64,000 nt of DNA. Source: Octopus vulgaris. Lineage: Eukaryota. A program made the translations under genes and the position numbers. This document shows, one piece after another, positions 1 through 14,415 of this stretch (within the stretch, counting starts at the first letter, position 1; every line of letters begins with the position of its first letter). Location: positions 27,714,001 through 27,778,000 of the forward strand of contig OX597821.1 of NCBI GenBank assembly GCA_951406725.2, written 5' to 3'. Under the pieces are notes generated by a model that did no database searches, was not told where the DNA came from, and worked only from the letters and a program-made list of their open reading frames with translations.

Positions 1-65
1 TTGTGTATAGCTTCAGGTCATCCATGAATAGCAAGTGGTTTAATTTTCCCTTGTCTCTTCTCAAA
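1..65 (-). mobile_element. R4/Dong-type non-LTR retrotransposon RT fragment (continues off the window edge)
   Basis: Reverse strand reads KGKLNHLLFMDDLKLY, the RT catalytic motif, separate from the copy at 66-1878. Confidence 0.7.
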
Positions 66-1878
66 TTATACTTTATTTGATGTTCATCTTTATAGATGAG
101 CACGATATCTGTTTGTCTCGCCTCTATGACTTAATCGCACTACAAGTTAAAATCCTAGAGTATTTTGTAACGTTCGTTTCCCATTAGTCCTTCTGGCTTG
201 TGTTAATACCGTTGATTGGCTCTCTCGAGGTTTGCTTTACCGCACAAAAGCCAGTGGGCATATCTAGTCACATTGTCGTGTCTAATTTGTATTCGCGTTG
301 TTCGAGCTTACAGCTCTCACTAGCAATAAGGCTTATAATTTCTTCATTCTCACAGCAAATCCTAAACTGTGATATTTGGATTAGTTTGTTCTGAGAGCTT
401 GTTCTTGAGCGCTAGACACTAATGCTTCAGTGGACTCTTTTACGTCTCCTTTCTGAAGCTATTGCCAGTTTCTATTCTAATCAATCTCATCTTCATTCTT
501 CAAGAACTGACTGTGCATTTTCTTTTCCTGACAAATTTTCTTCATCTCTTTCTGGTCCTTCTCAAATTGTGTTAGATCTACGGCTTCGCTAACATTTAAG
601 GTACCGTGCATTTTCATTGTTAATTGCATTTTCACGTGTTAATTGCCCTAATCTTATAGCGGTCATTTAGTTTCGATTGGAGCACAAGCCGAAATCTCCT
701 AAAATACTCTTTCCTGTACATTTCTTTCATCTTGCGTTCATTCATCTTATCTCTTTAAATGATACCCAGGTAATTAATCCTTCCTCTCCTACGTCCCTTA
801 TTGTTTCACCACTTTCCAGCTTGATCCCATAGATTTTTGTGATTTCCTCCCTTTTGTGGTTCATTACACCAAATTTCTCGATCTCAAATTCCACGCCAAT
901 ATATTTGCTAATCATCTGCACAGTTTCCGTCAAACTCTACATTTCTTTCTCCGTCTTTGCGAATAGCTTTAGGTCATCCATAAACAACAGATTGTTTACT
1001 TTCATCCTGCCTAGCATGTGTCCCACAGGCATCATTCTTAAAACACTCGTTACTGGCAGAATACAGACAACAAATAAGAGGTGACAGAGTGTCCCCTTGA
1101 CAGATTCCTCTTTTGATATTTACCTCTCTCAGATTAACTCCCCATGTTGTGAGTTCAGTTCACCACATTGTCATTGAGTTTTGAATCAGTTTCAGGGTAT
1201 TGTGTGAGACATTAAATAGTTTAAGGCATTCAATAATCCATGTGTGTGGGGTCATACCATATGCTTCCATGTAGTCCACCCATGCCATCGCCAAATTTTT
1301 GTCTCTTCTTGCCATCAGCCAGAATAGACATCCATTAGTAAGTGATCCTTCGTTCCTCTGACCTTACGTCTACACCCATTTTGTTCTATTGTCAGCAGAT
1401 CGTTCCCTTCTAGGTACTTATAGGTGCTGTCTGATATAATGCCCGTCATCAGGTTCCACATCAGTGGCAAACGAGATATTGGTCGGAAATTTCCAGCCGC
1501 ATTCCCTTTACTTGGGTCCTTCTGGCATAGTACCCTTCTTCCTTTTGCATCCAAGCCGGTAATTGAATTTCACTACTCAGTATTTAGTCCAGCTTTCTTG
1601 TAATTCTCCTGTGCAAAGCTGTCAAGTATTGAAGTCAAAAGTCATGAATCTCACCTGGATTCTGGCGCTTTCTAGTTAGGAATTTTCCTGCACTGATCTC
1701 TAATCATCCCCTTAGTTATTATCAATTCCTCCGGCTGATACTCTCCACTTTCCTCTTTGAGGGACTTTAACCACTCTACTTCAGTTTCGTGTTGTTTCTC
1801 CCGAGACCATATTTTTAACCAAAATCTTTTACTTTCTTCAGCATCTGACACGGTTTTTCTTTCCCATCCAGTTCCTCA
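66..1878 (-). mobile_element. Decayed R4/Dong-clade (RLE) non-LTR retrotransposon: RT, CCHC knuckle and start of the restriction-like endonuclease
   Basis: ORF 1315-1554 [31 protein letters not shown]; FMDDLKLF near 960-990; RHDNV..HW and TDIVLI near 100-300; many stops and frameshifts; 5' end abuts a (TTA)n tract. Confidence 0.88.
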
Positions 1879-1925
<47 letters not shown>

Positions 1926-1955
1926 ATATTATTATTATTATCATTATTATTATTA
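1879..1955. repeat. (TTA)n microsatellite, the presumed target of the adjacent Dong/R4 element
   Basis: Direct reading. Confidence 0.95.
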
Positions 1956-3501
1956 AAACCAACAGGATTATTATTAGAAACATTATCGGTGTTACGATAT
2001 TTAACTTACTTTTCTAGGTAAAACTACGCAGAATGCTGTATTAAAACCTGCGTGTCGATAATATTGTTTTCTGCTGTAAATAATTATTTCTGCCTCATTT
2101 TATATATTCCCCCATATGTTGCATATTGATTTATTTGTTCCCATTTCATAAACTCGATACTATATACGTATACAGTGGATAATATGTGGCTGCTAATACA
2201 AAGGCTTACTGCCATTAGGATGAAATAACGGAGGGCTGTTTATAACTAAATCTGTTTTCCTATTCTTCCAAAAATAAGTATAAATTCAATGGACTTTGTG
2301 TAGTTTCCTTTTCAAAATATATTTTGGAGAAAAAATATTGTATTTCCTTTTATTGTAAAATTTTCTGCGTGCAAACATGAATCTTTATATACGTTATATG
2401 TTATATATGTATATATACATTAGGGTTTATACTTATGAATAAGTATCCATTTAGAAATACATGTAGGCATATACACACGCACACAAACGCGTAGACACGT
2501 GCCGTTTTGTTTTGTCAATGCTGTACTGTAGAATAAAATATATAAATATTTTTCACCGGAACTATTTGCATAGAGAGTTACAATCACTTTGCATACACAA
2601 CATATTCGTGGAGAAAAAAAATGATTAGCCAGGTTCCCCTTCTTTTACCGTCTTTAATGTAGGTACAGCATATAAACTTACGAATTCGATGGACTTAAAT
2701 ATACTTTGACAATAGAAATTCTTATTTGACCGGTACAAATAACATGAACATTCTTTACAGTTATTTCAACTAAACATTGTTTTGTCCAAATGCCATATCG
2801 CACAAGGAGATAGTCTCACTTTTATTGGACTCTATCGGTATAGCTTCGTCTAATCGCAACTGATATAGACAATTAACCTATATCTATATAGGAAAAATAA
2901 AGTAGAATGGAAAAAGATTATTCCTTGTTAACGTTCAAGTAGTTACAACAAACATGGTTACAATATTACCCACGAGTCTCAAATGTCTCATATTCTTCTC
3001 AGCATCTAAATTTATTATGGAATTTTATTTCTTAATTTTCTTTGATATTTGATGTCCATGTGAGTTAAGTGTTAGTCTTCTTTTTCAAATAGCGGTTATG
3101 AGATCATATTTCATCTTTCATTTAAATGATGCGCCACCATGACTAAATGGTTAAAACTAAGAAAAGATTAAAAGGAATGATTATGTATTGAGATAGAAGT
3201 AAATTTTAATTAGTATAGAGGCTTCGATTTCTAGAGGGACGTTAGTTTCCTTAGCTCACATTTCTCCTAAATATGGCAATCGTCTAAAACAAAAATGCAT
3301 GTCTCTGTTTGTATGTCGTTGCTGGAGACAGGGTAGAGCAAATGTTGCATGGACCATTTGATACCAAAAACCAAATTGTAACTGCCATCATGACATTAGA
3401 CATTCAGTTTGGTATGTTAATTTTAAAAGATTTTCATCGATTACATTACCATCGCTTCGTGTTTCGATTTGGTAATAATAACCACAGACAATATCTACAG
3501 T

Positions 3502-3905
3502 AGGTGCAGGGATGGCTGTGTGGTAAGTAGCTTGCTTACCAATCACATGGTCCTGGGTTCCGCCACACTGCGTGGCACCTTGGGCAAGAGTCTTCTACTA
3601 TAGCCTCGGGCCGACCAAAGCCTTATGAGTGGATTTGGTAGACGGAACCTGAGAGAAGCACGTCATATATATGTATATATATATGTATCTGTGTTTGTGT
3701 GTCATTGTTTTTCCCCGCTCCCAACATCGCTTGACAACCGATGCTGGTGTGTTTACGTTCCCGTAACTTAGCGGTTCGGCAAAATATACTAGAATAAGTA
3801 CTAGGCTTACAAAGAATAAGTCCTGGGGTCGATATGCTCGACTAAAGGCGGTGCTCCAGCTTGGCCACAGTGAAATGACTGAAACTAGTAAAAGAGTAAA
3901 AGAGC
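3502..3905 (+). mobile_element. tRNA-derived SINE, family A (CORE-like), full length
   Basis: A-box TGGCTGTGTGG, B-box-like GGTTCCGCCAC, CCTTGGGCAAG CORE-like motif, internal TA/TG tract, (AAAAGAGT)n tail; homologous to 11188-11606 and 42577-42995. Confidence 0.9.
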
Positions 3906-5184
3906 ATAGAATATCTGGAAGTGGACTTAACTTAAATAAATGAATAATATTTCATATCACTGCTTACTCAGTATACCTCTAGTAACTCTGTGTTATCTTC
4001 CTTAAATTGATTTTGTTATACATACGTAGAGAGAAGCCTACGCACGTAGGTGTATGTATTATTAAATGTACATGTACATACACACATTCCTATATATAAG
4101 TGAATCTATTTGGCATTATGTGTACATGGATATATATGTAAATATGTATTTATATATACATATATACACGCTCACTACTTTTATGAAACAGATACTTCAA
4201 TAGGCTTAATGCACGTATGAAAGGATTGTATATATTCTTGTCTTAATACATGGTACAATTTTATCTGTAAAATCCTGTTTGCTCTTCAGTTTCGTATTCA
4301 TGTAATTGCCGGTATATATTTAATTGTATGCTTATTTTGTCACTGCAGTTTAAAGTACATATTTATAAGTGTTTGCATTTTTATATGTAAGTGAACTTGC
4401 GCATATTTCCTGTGTCAATGACAAAAGTAAACAAGACATTTTTAACTGGTCATTAATATGTTATTCCACATTCAGATTAAAATCTATATCACGGATTTCG
4501 CATGATAACAGATAACGGCTTTGTATGACTTTCAAAGAATATACACTACAATATCTTGAAAATACAAAGGAAGCAAACTACTATAAAATCACAATATATA
4601 AATAAAGCTAAGCAATAGGAAACACAGATAATAATTGCAAAATAAAGATATTCATATTCATCCATATATGTGTGCGCACTTTTGTGTGTGTATATGTGCC
4701 TGTGTGTCATGTATGTGTGTATATGTGTGTAATATACCAGAAATTATACATTTTCAACCAAGTTCCAAATTCCTCAACATTCACGACTGTTAAAACAATT
4801 AAAATGTTAAACTGGTTAAGGGTATAAATTTGAATTAAAATAAATTGGCAAAATTCCTCGCTGTGCAGTTTCATAGTTAATTAATCCTTGATTATAATTG
4901 TATTTATGATTTCACCGTAATAGTCCTATATTTTTATATGCTGACCAATAATGAGATGTTTAACAGTTTTATCCTTTCATATCATTGAATTAATTCCCAC
5001 TCACTTCGCGAGAGTCTAGCCATATATGTACTATTCTTGACGGCTACACTCGTGTCGAGTCTTGCTATGAATATACTTGGGATACAGCGTCCACTTTTCT
5101 GTGGTTATGTATAAGTGTTTCTTTTATTTCCTAAATATTCTCTGCTGAGGGAGAGAAAACCTCTGCCAATTACCGCTGATGAAT

Positions 5185-5417
5185 GCGGTGCTACGTAATT
5201 TGCAGATGTGGAAGATGTAAAGCCAAAAACGAAGCAAAGGCTAAAAAGCATCACTTCGCAGGCATCCCAACACTGCTTTGAACATTGGAAACGTGTCTGG
5301 ACCGATAAACTGATTCAAATTGTGTATTTTTTACAGTCGATATAAGTGTAAACATGTAAATCTAAGTGAATAAAATGATATTGCAAAATTCCGGTTTCTG
5401 TCGCGTATCCCACGCAT
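5185..5417 (+). mobile_element. Decayed 3' end of a mariner element, same family as 43052-43742
   Basis: Aligns by eye to the reverse complement of 43052-43280 (ctacg.aatttgcagatgtg; gcatcacttcgca; gtctggaccgat; aaacatgtaaa; attcc.gtttct). Confidence 0.7.
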
Positions 5418-6632
5418 TTCTGAGACTGTATGATTAAAAACAGGAAATTGAATTGGAAATACAAAATTGCGGTGAAGGAGTACAAACTAAATCAAAACTG
5501 AATTAGGTGATATGGAACTTACTGCATCGCGTTTTGTATCATATATTCGTGGTTGTATTGCAGACGGAATGTTCAAAATTTAACTGCTTACAAACATTTA
5601 ATTTACACATCCATGGTCTCTTCAAGCTCATAGACCCATCATATATTATGATGGAAAAATGTTAAAAGCAGTAAAAATAGATTAAGAGAATATTTACAAA
5701 TATGACTGCACTAAAGGTAGAAATAATATATCGAATAAATAAATCTTCTTGTTGAAATAAAAATTTTAAAATACGAACAATGATGTAAAAAGCATAATAC
5801 AGATCAATAATCAGGTTTCGTTTATATAACTAATAAAATCAGAGCGACATACGATTAAAAAATAAATTGACAAAGAGATAGAGATATATGTGAAAAGGAT
5901 CAGATAAATAAATATCTGCATACATCACGAAAAAAAGAGACAAGAAATCAACGGAAATGAAGTAGTTGAAAATGATGGAGACGATAAATATCAACGGTAG
6001 AATAAACAAAGAAAATTTAAAATGTGCACGGATAAGAAGCATAAGAAATGTTTAAGAAGCTAAAGGAGGTGAAGATCAAGGAGAACTGGTAGAAGTATGA
6101 CAAGAAGACGACGGGTGTAAGGAAAGATATGAGAAGAGAATATACTAGGTCACACAACAGATAAAACTAATAAGAAAAAAATAGAAAATAAATATATCAT
6201 ATTAACAAGAATAGGTGAAAGAAATAAAGTGAATTTGTTTACATGGAATCTCACTGAAAGATGAGGGAATAGAAAGGTGATAATGTAAAGATTTACGAAT
6301 AGCTAGAGTAAATATCGAATCCACTTCTGACTGTTTAGTCGATTGCCGGGAAAAGAAAAAGTCTTCGAACAACAACATTCTATTTACGCAGACAATTCAG
6401 AGTACAATGGTACAAATAAAATAAAATTAATGATTCCATTGCCAAATTAAATGTCAATATATACGTTGGACAAAATAGTTTTAAAAGTTTGTAGTAAAAG
6501 TTTTATGCGATGAAAATTGTTGAATGAAGCGAAGAATATGTGATTCTATGTAGCGTATTTCCATATTAGAATAAGAAATGCCTATTTCAGTATATAATAA
6601 TTTTGAATACCGATCTAGTCGGAAAAGTTATG

Positions 6633-6727
6633 GATGTATGTAGGTATGTATTTATGTATGTATGTATGTATGTATGTATGTATGTATGTATGTATGTATG
6701 TATTTATGTATGTATGTTTATATATAC

Positions 6728-6770
<43 letters not shown>
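6633..6770. repeat. Compound (TATG)n(TA)n microsatellite
   Basis: Direct reading. Confidence 0.95.
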
Positions 6771-6774
<4 letters not shown>

Positions 6775-7374
6775 CAGCTTTTAAACATAGAAAAGAGGGT
6801 CGTTACATGCCAACATCTCCAACGTGGTGTCCTAGCATGGCCACAGTCTGAAATAAGTAAAAGCTAAAACACACACAAACACACACATAGTTGGTTTGCT
6901 TTTAAGCAAACAACACGCTTTCTTCACGAGCAGTTATCATGTGACTCTTCAAATATCTTTCAGTATCAGGAGATGAAAATATGAGTGTACGCTACCTTTG
7001 ATATTTAAAAATTATATTTCATTCTTAGCAAAAAATTCTACCTTCAGATATAAATTTGTAACATAATTTGATCTGAATGGTGAGATTTCTGTCAATATTG
7101 ATATCTAATTTACTACACAAAAGTGCCATGTTGATATGTTTGTGGATATAATCGATTAAATTGGAAATCATACTATGTGAACATATTTGTCGAGCATAAA
7201 ACTGTGTATTTTAACCTTCACCGCATTTTTCAATTATAGTTCGTTATACTAAACAATAGGGATACGTAAAAAAATATTGTACATCATAATAACGTTGACT
7301 CACCGGGGCAATACAGATTATTGATATAGTAATGAACAGGAATTTTATTATAGCTGATACTTCAGATCATTTTT

Positions 7375-7560
7375 CTACTTTGGGGGAAGGATTAATCGAT
7401 TACATCAATCCCCAATCTCAAAAAGGTAATTATGGAATCCAAAAGGGTGAAAGGCAAAGGTGACCTCGGCGTGAATATCGCTATAGGACGTAAAACCCGA
7501 CAAAATGAATCTAAACATATTATACGGCATCGCAATGATCTTTCAAAATGTTGCCTTTGA
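7375..7560 (-). mobile_element. Highly decayed SINE family B copy
   Basis: aatcgattacatc...gaaaggcaaaggtgacctcggcg matches the family B core. Confidence 0.55.
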
Positions 7561-9044
7561 CGTATTTGATTATGACAATATCTTTAGCTATTTATCGCGC
7601 ATATAGCCAGATTTGGGGTATCAGAGCAATTCAATCAAATTCAATCCAAACTAGTAATTATATAAAATGGAAGCATAAAAGCTATACTTATATTGCAAAA
7701 CTTGAAATTTATAACAACATAAAGGTTGCTATATTCAATTCTTGCTTATAAAATTCAAAAACGTGTAATTTTTTCTAAGAGCATACATATCATGTTAAGG
7801 GGAGAAGTACTTGTGGTACGTATATTTTAAGCAGCACCAGTTTGGTTTTATGGGAAAGTCACTATAATTACACGTGACATTCTCTACCTCACTGTATATA
7901 GAATGTCGAATGACTGATTGTATTTCTTTAGAGACTATGCTTGAGTTCCCTAAGAAGCCATTATTGCTGGTTCAATCTGTAGCGTACATTTAATACTTGT
8001 TTTATTGAAGTTTAGATGAATGGCTAACTTTTATATAAGGCAAAACCGGCAGAATTTCTTATTTTCTAATGTGATGTAGTAAAATAATGCAACACACAAG
8101 GTGACTTACTTTCGACATATAGAAAGATATATAAATTATTAAAAATGCCGTGGGGAACACTTACATTAATGACCCCCTAAAAATAGGAAAATATTGCTTG
8201 TGTACTTTTAGTATTTAACTACAAGGAATTGCAGAATAACTCCACAAAATCAACATCATTCGTTACCATCTAATTTCAGTCTTTGTTATAATTAGGGAAT
8301 GAAGGTAAACATTATATTACCAGCCTAAGATCAACAATTATGAAGGCAGCATTTGTCTTTTCATTATTTATTCCTACCTTGAATATAGGAAATAAGAGTA
8401 GAAAATAAACGAAAACATCAGGAAGAATGTTTTTGACTTTCGCAGAAATACTTCTAGAAATCGCATATTGACATTATATATAGAAAAATATTATATTGGA
8501 GATTGGTGTGAACTTTAATAAACACACATTCACGCACGTATAAACAAATACGTTTCGGAAGAATTCACAAATGATTCACCTAAATACTACGAGCATTCGT
8601 TCGTTGGCGCTTATCTGACATGCTATTGTCTTCATGAATAGCCACATGTATTTCTTGTGTTAAAAATTTCTCTATATATCAGTAGCGTGTATTGGAATAA
8701 TATTTCAAACAATTGCCCTATGGCTTTTCTATTGTCTTCATTTTTTCTCAAGCGTCGGTAGACAGCGACGAAGAATGTGATGAATAAATAGAAATCATTT
8801 ATTAATATTGAAAAATGTATATAAAGTAAAATTACACAAACTAATATGATTATTAGATTTAATGGAAGTGCAGAATATAAACATAAGAACCGTAATAGTT
8901 GAGGTAGATATAGCTATCGAAATATGAAATATGTCACATAATGCGAATCATCAGTGGGTCAGAATATTCCATAAAAATCATAACTTCTGACACAGATTAC
9001 AGCTTTCATTGAAAAACGAAGCAAAAATATTCCGTATTCAATAT

Positions 9045-9250
9045 CAGTTTCAAATTTTGGCAAAAGGCCAGCAATTTTGGAGGAAGATGATAATCGATTA
9101 CATCGACTCCTGCGTTCAATTGCTACTTAATTTATCGACCCACAAAACGATGAAAGGCAAATTTGACCTCGGATGAATTCGAACCCGGAAGAAGCTTACA
9201 GACGAAATAATGCTAAGCATTTTGCCCAGCATGCTAACTATTCTCGGTGC
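9045..9250 (-). mobile_element. SINE family B, decayed
   Basis: atcgattacatcgac...gatgaaaggcaaatttgacctcgg...gctaagcattttgcccagcatgctaac. Confidence 0.75.
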
Positions 9251-9982
9251 CTAATTCTTTATTGAATATTGAAAAACATTGACTGAAAATAGTTTCCACG
9301 AGAGGAGTAAATTGAAAATATAAAGAGGTGATCGTTTGATAACTAAATTAATTTTAAAATATGCTCTAATAATAGCAGGCCATTGCATTAAGAGACCTGA
9401 CGCAACATCAACAATTACATCAAAATATGCATTAAGGACTATGTAACTAAACCCATTTATTAGAGAAGGATCAATAGAAACAGACAGTGAGTATCCGATT
9501 CTAAAGTAAATAATTAAAATTGATGTAAATATACACCAAACTGACACACACACAAGGACACATACACTCCTTCACCCACGCATAATATATTATAATTAGC
9601 AGGTGCGATAGAGAAATTAGGGTGTCGAATTTAGATTAAACTCATTTGCTCCATTAAAATGTGCGTCCAGAAAGTTAACCAGGTACATTTTGCTTTATGT
9701 CATTTCAAGATCCACACTTTCAACACCGAACAGCAACATTTAATGTAATATATGCAAGAGTGGAACATTCACCCTATCCGTAGTTAAATGAATGGAAGTA
9801 GCAGAATTATGTAAAGATATTAATTGACCGTTGATTAAACATTCGAATGGTATAGCTAGTGACAATAGATAATAGAATGTTGTTATTAATACAGCATTAT
9901 TCCAAATTATAGAACATTTTCTTAGAATCCTCCTTCCAATCCAATGTTGTCGACTGTTACTCTGAAAGTTTTTGCAATAACT

Positions 9983-10212
9983 ATTTCTTTACTACCCACA
10001 AGAGGCTAAACGCAGAGAGGACAAACAAGGACAAACAAATGGATCAAGTCGATTATATCGACCCCAGTGCGTAACTGGTACTTATTTAATCGACCTAGAA
10101 AGGATGAAAGGCAAAGTCGACCTCGGCGGAATTTGAACTCAGAATGTAACGGCAGACGAAATACGGCTACGCATTTCGTCCGGTGTGCTAACATTTCTGC
10201 CAGCTCGCCGCC
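9983..10212 (-). mobile_element. tRNA-related SINE family B, full length
   Basis: Reverse strand GGCGGCGAGCTGGCAGAA..GAGTTCAAATTCC (B box)..GTCGACTTTGCCTTTCATCC..AAGTACCAG; closely similar to 40590-40821. Confidence 0.9.
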
Positions 10213-11187
10213 CTAACGGTGCACATTACGGAAAAAATATGCTTGAAAACATATACAAATTAGTAAGGTATTCCAGTCTATTTATGAAATAATTTCTCCC
10301 TTATACAAATTGCATACATTATTTGAATGTATCATGATATCATGTAGAATTCCAAATGTATGTAAATATTTCATCGTTCAACTGTGAATGTAAATTTCCA
10401 TCCGGTTTGCATGCAACCGTTTCTATTCCGCTTAGAATCTTTTATCATGCGATACTGAATTAAAAGGAGCTACAAATGCTCACTAAATGAAATGTAATGC
10501 AAGTTTGAAGCAGATATAGATTTAGGAATCTCTTATTCTTGCGAATCCATGGATGATGAACATACACTGTGATCGCAGAATCGTAAATAAAACACTGCTG
10601 CTGGACTCACAACAACTAGTTAGCGAGTTTGCATCTTGAACCAGGCGACATGTTTTATCTTCCAGGAAGAAGGAAAATTCCATCTTAATATAGTCTGTCC
10701 TGGATGATTTTCTTTGGTTCTTAGAAGACGGGAACGGTGAGAGATAAAGTTTGTGTTTCCAGGTTTCCTAAATTCCGGAGGACGGCTGCATTTGAATAAT
10801 AATTAACTTTGTTATGATGGGGAATTTGATTTTTGTAAGGTATAGTGATATTGTTTTATAGCAGCTAAAGTTTCATCTGATATATGTGATATTTTATTAA
10901 GCCAAAATGATTTGCGATAGCATATTATTTTGTAACACGAATACTGCTGTAGTTGGAACAGTCATTCACTTATCATGTTAAGCTTTGCTGTGGCTTGTTA
11001 GTCATTTATCAGTGCAGACCGGGCATGGGACTACATAAGGACAAAAATACCAACGATCATTTTCAAATAAATACATATATTCTAGTTTCAAACCACAAAA
11101 TATCCCAATTGAGAGTTTTGAAGAGGTTACTCTGTGATTTATTGGATGTTTAGCGGCCGAAGAGAGGCACTCGCGTTAGCTCCAAAT

Positions 11188-11606
11188 ACTACTCTTTTAC
11201 TCTTTTACTCTTTTACTTGTTTCAGTCATTTGACTGCGGCCATGCTGGAGCACCGCCTTTAATCGAGCAACTCGACCCCGGGACTTATTCTTTTGTAAGC
11301 CCAGTACTTATTCTATCGGTCTCTTTTGCCGAACCGCTAGTAACGGGGACATAAACAAACCAGCATCGGTTGTCAAGCAATGCTAGGAAAAACACAGATA
11401 CACAAACACACACACGCATAAACATATCCATGCATATATACGACGGGCTTCTTTCAGTTTCCGTCTACCAAATCCACTCACAAGGCTTTGGTCAGCCCGA
11501 GGCTATAGTAGAAGACATTTGCCCAAGGTGCCACGCAGTGGGACTGAACACGGAACCATGTGGTTGGTAAACAAGCTACTTACCACACAGCCACTCCTGC
11601 GCCTAC
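11188..11606 (-). mobile_element. SINE family A, full length, close to consensus
   Basis: Reverse strand starts GGCGCAGGAGTGGCTGTGTGGTAAG, B box GTTCAGTCCC, tail (AGTAAAAG)n. Confidence 0.92.
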
Positions 11607-12474
11607 TAGTTTATTTTTCTGTAGAAATTAATTTACAAAGTTATCAGAGGAAGAAGGAAACATTTCCGATAAACACAGACACTCTTTCTTTTCTATACAC
11701 GTACACAAACACAATAGGATAAAATATGCAATATTCAATTTTTAGTTGATTTCCCATTTTCAAGATATCAATATTTACCGTGTTATGAAGGTACATATCT
11801 GTAGAATTTTAAATCTTCTTATAGCTACTGTTCCTCTAATGAAGGCAAAAATGCATGATTGTTAATATTTTACACTTGCTATTATTTCCTATTGATATGT
11901 CCACCAATCTACATTTGTCCAAAACTCGGTTCTAAGGCATAAGTGACATAATAGGTTGAATCTAAAGAATCCAGATTTGGTGCATCTCAGACAAATCAAG
12001 TCAAAAATGTAATATTATCAAATGATTTAGCTTCCAATATTTCCTATCCTGTCACATAACTGGTGTGTTTTATAATTCAATTGCAATATAAATAATATAA
12101 ATGTGATAAACATTTGCTTAACTTAATCTGGATATATTACAAGAATTACACAGCTAACACATAAAAAAGCCAACAGTCTAGATTGCTAAGTACATATTTG
12201 TCTCACAGAATTCAACTTTTTTTGTACAGACTACGCAACAAAACTTTGGAAAGAAGGAATTGTTAAAAAACAGTTATAGTATAGCGAGCATCATATGCTA
12301 TTGTCTCAATCAGTTGCTACTTTCTCTAGAAGAGGTAAATTTGAAGAAGCAAATATAATCACTCCAATGAATCTTTTCAAATATTTATATAAAAATATAT
12401 TTATTTTTTTTCTGACTAAACTTGAAGATAAAAAATCTATTTTAAACATCAGAATGTATATTAATATAATATAA

Positions 12475-12604
<130 letters not shown>

Positions 12605-13081
12605 TCCGTTGTCATTTCCAAATGAAGTAGGCGAATTTTAAAGTTTAAAAGTACAAAAAGCCTACGGTGATATACATTCCTGTGCTATACAATGGAGGAT
12701 GTGTAATCGTTAACTTTTGTCGACTCGTTTTAGAAAGTATTTCTTTCTCTGGAATTATCTGTTGACACAGTAAATCTTGAAGACTGGATTCTTTAGGCTA
12801 TAACGAAAGAGATAAATTCTTATGATATCTGCGTGTGTCACAGAAATCGAAGTAGATTCATGACATATACACTCGTACATAATTGAAACATTTAATTTAA
12901 ATTCATTAACGAAAACTACAAGCCGCTTGGAATATCGATCGTATGATTGCAATATACCTTTCGCATATTCGTCGTTAATTTCAGGAATTTAACCAATACA
13001 AGGTAATTAATATATAGAAACCCACAACACATTTACCTTGTTATATTTCGGGATTGACATGTTTCATTTTTTTTACAAATA

Positions 13082-13227
13082 GTAGTGGCTGTGTAGTAAG
13101 TAGCTTGCTCCCCAACCACGTTTCCGGGTTCGGTCCCTCTGCGTAGCACCTTGGTCATGTGTGTTCTATAGCCTCGGGCCTACCAAAGCCTTGTGTATGG
13201 ATTTGGCTGACGGAAACTGGAAGAAGT

Positions 13228-13295
<68 letters not shown>

Positions 13296-13525
13296 TGTGT
13301 GTGTGTCTGTGTGTGAGTGTATGTGTGGGTACGTGTCTATGTGCTTTCCACCAACTGATGTAGCCTAGTTTACGTCCCCGAAATCGGTTCGGCAGAAGAG
13401 GCTGATATAATAAGTACTACATTTACGAAGAATAAGTCCTGGGGTCGATTTGTTCAACTAGTGACGGTGCTCTACCACAGCCAATGTCAAATGACTGAAA
13501 CAATTAAAGAATGAAAGAATAAAAT
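13082..13525 (+). mobile_element. SINE family A, diverged
   Basis: gtggctgtgtagtaagtagcttgc...gaataagtcctggggtcgatt...aaatgactgaaac. Confidence 0.85.
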
Positions 13526-13715
13526 AAACACACGCACCATTATTCCTTTTCACTCGCTTATTACTGTTCATATTTTACGTTATAACCATTAACAGGAAAG
13601 CTTTCGTCATATACCTGTCACCTCTCCAGCGATCCTTTCCGTCCATGTGTGGCTTCCTGTACGAGAGAAAGAGAGCGAGAGAAAGAAAGGAAGGGAGAGA
13701 TAGGTAGAATAGTTA

Positions 13716-13744
13716 AATAGATAGATAGATAGATAGATAGATAT

Positions 13745-13816
<72 letters not shown>
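13716..13816. repeat. (TAGA)n microsatellite
   Basis: Direct reading. Confidence 0.95.
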
Positions 13817-13924
13817 GAGAATTTGGAGTAGGTGTTCAATGCAAACATGAATTTAAAATCTATGTAGTTGTCTTTAAATAGATTTATTTACATATATACT
13901 CTAGTAGTCATATATATATATAAA

Positions 13925-14160
13925 GAGATTTCAACAGTTTAATCTTACGATGTAGTATCCTGAAGGAATGTAGACACCAACTTGCAATCCCTCTAACACA
14001 TCTCTGGAGTCTTTAGACTCAGGTTATATACTGATAGACAGGGGCTGTCTAACACAGATTATTCATCACATCAATGATGTCCTTAACGACTTGGATTCAG
14101 GTTTGAAATCTGATGACTTCAGTAAAGCGTTGGACAGAGTCGAACACATGGGGCCCGATA
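13925..14160 (+). mobile_element. Short decayed CR1/L2-type RT fragment
   Basis: Translates GCLTQIIHHINDVLNDLDSGLKSDDFSKALDRVEH, matching the RT motif ..SCLTQL...DFSKAFDRVDH. Confidence 0.6.
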
Positions 14161-14281
14161 CTCATTATGTGAAAATTTTTAAGAGTATAAAACAATCCAT
14201 GTAACGTAAGTGATGCATGTTCCCAGTTTGGAGAAAATCAGTTGAAAAATATGGGAACACACACGCATACAGTGTGTTTGG

Positions 14282-14335
<54 letters not shown>

Positions 14336-14361
14336 TTTATTTTAAGCAGCAGAAAATTCAA

Positions 14362-14411
14362 CAAAATCTGTTACTCTGAGTTTCTCGTTGCCGTTCATCA
14401 GACAGTTTTTG
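14362..14411 (-). ncRNA. Minimal type I hammerhead ribozyme motif in a Penelope-type pLTR
   Basis: Reverse strand: AAAACTGT-CTGATGA-ACG GCAA CGA-GAAA-CTC A GAG-TA-ACAGATTTT; intact core, stem I pairs, short palindromic stem III. Confidence 0.8.
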
Positions 14412-14415
14412 CTAG

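Noticed and set aside
3270-3503. Short open frames on both strands as a possible exon
   Set aside because: No recognisable motif or convincing splice pair
10650-10800. Two pyrimidine-rich ..ccag acceptor-like sites
   Set aside because: Frames close quickly and no matching donor or product is evident
11530-11606. tRNA gene candidate (also 3502-3580 and 30621-30695)
   Set aside because: These are SINE heads continuous with SINE bodies, without a proper cloverleaf
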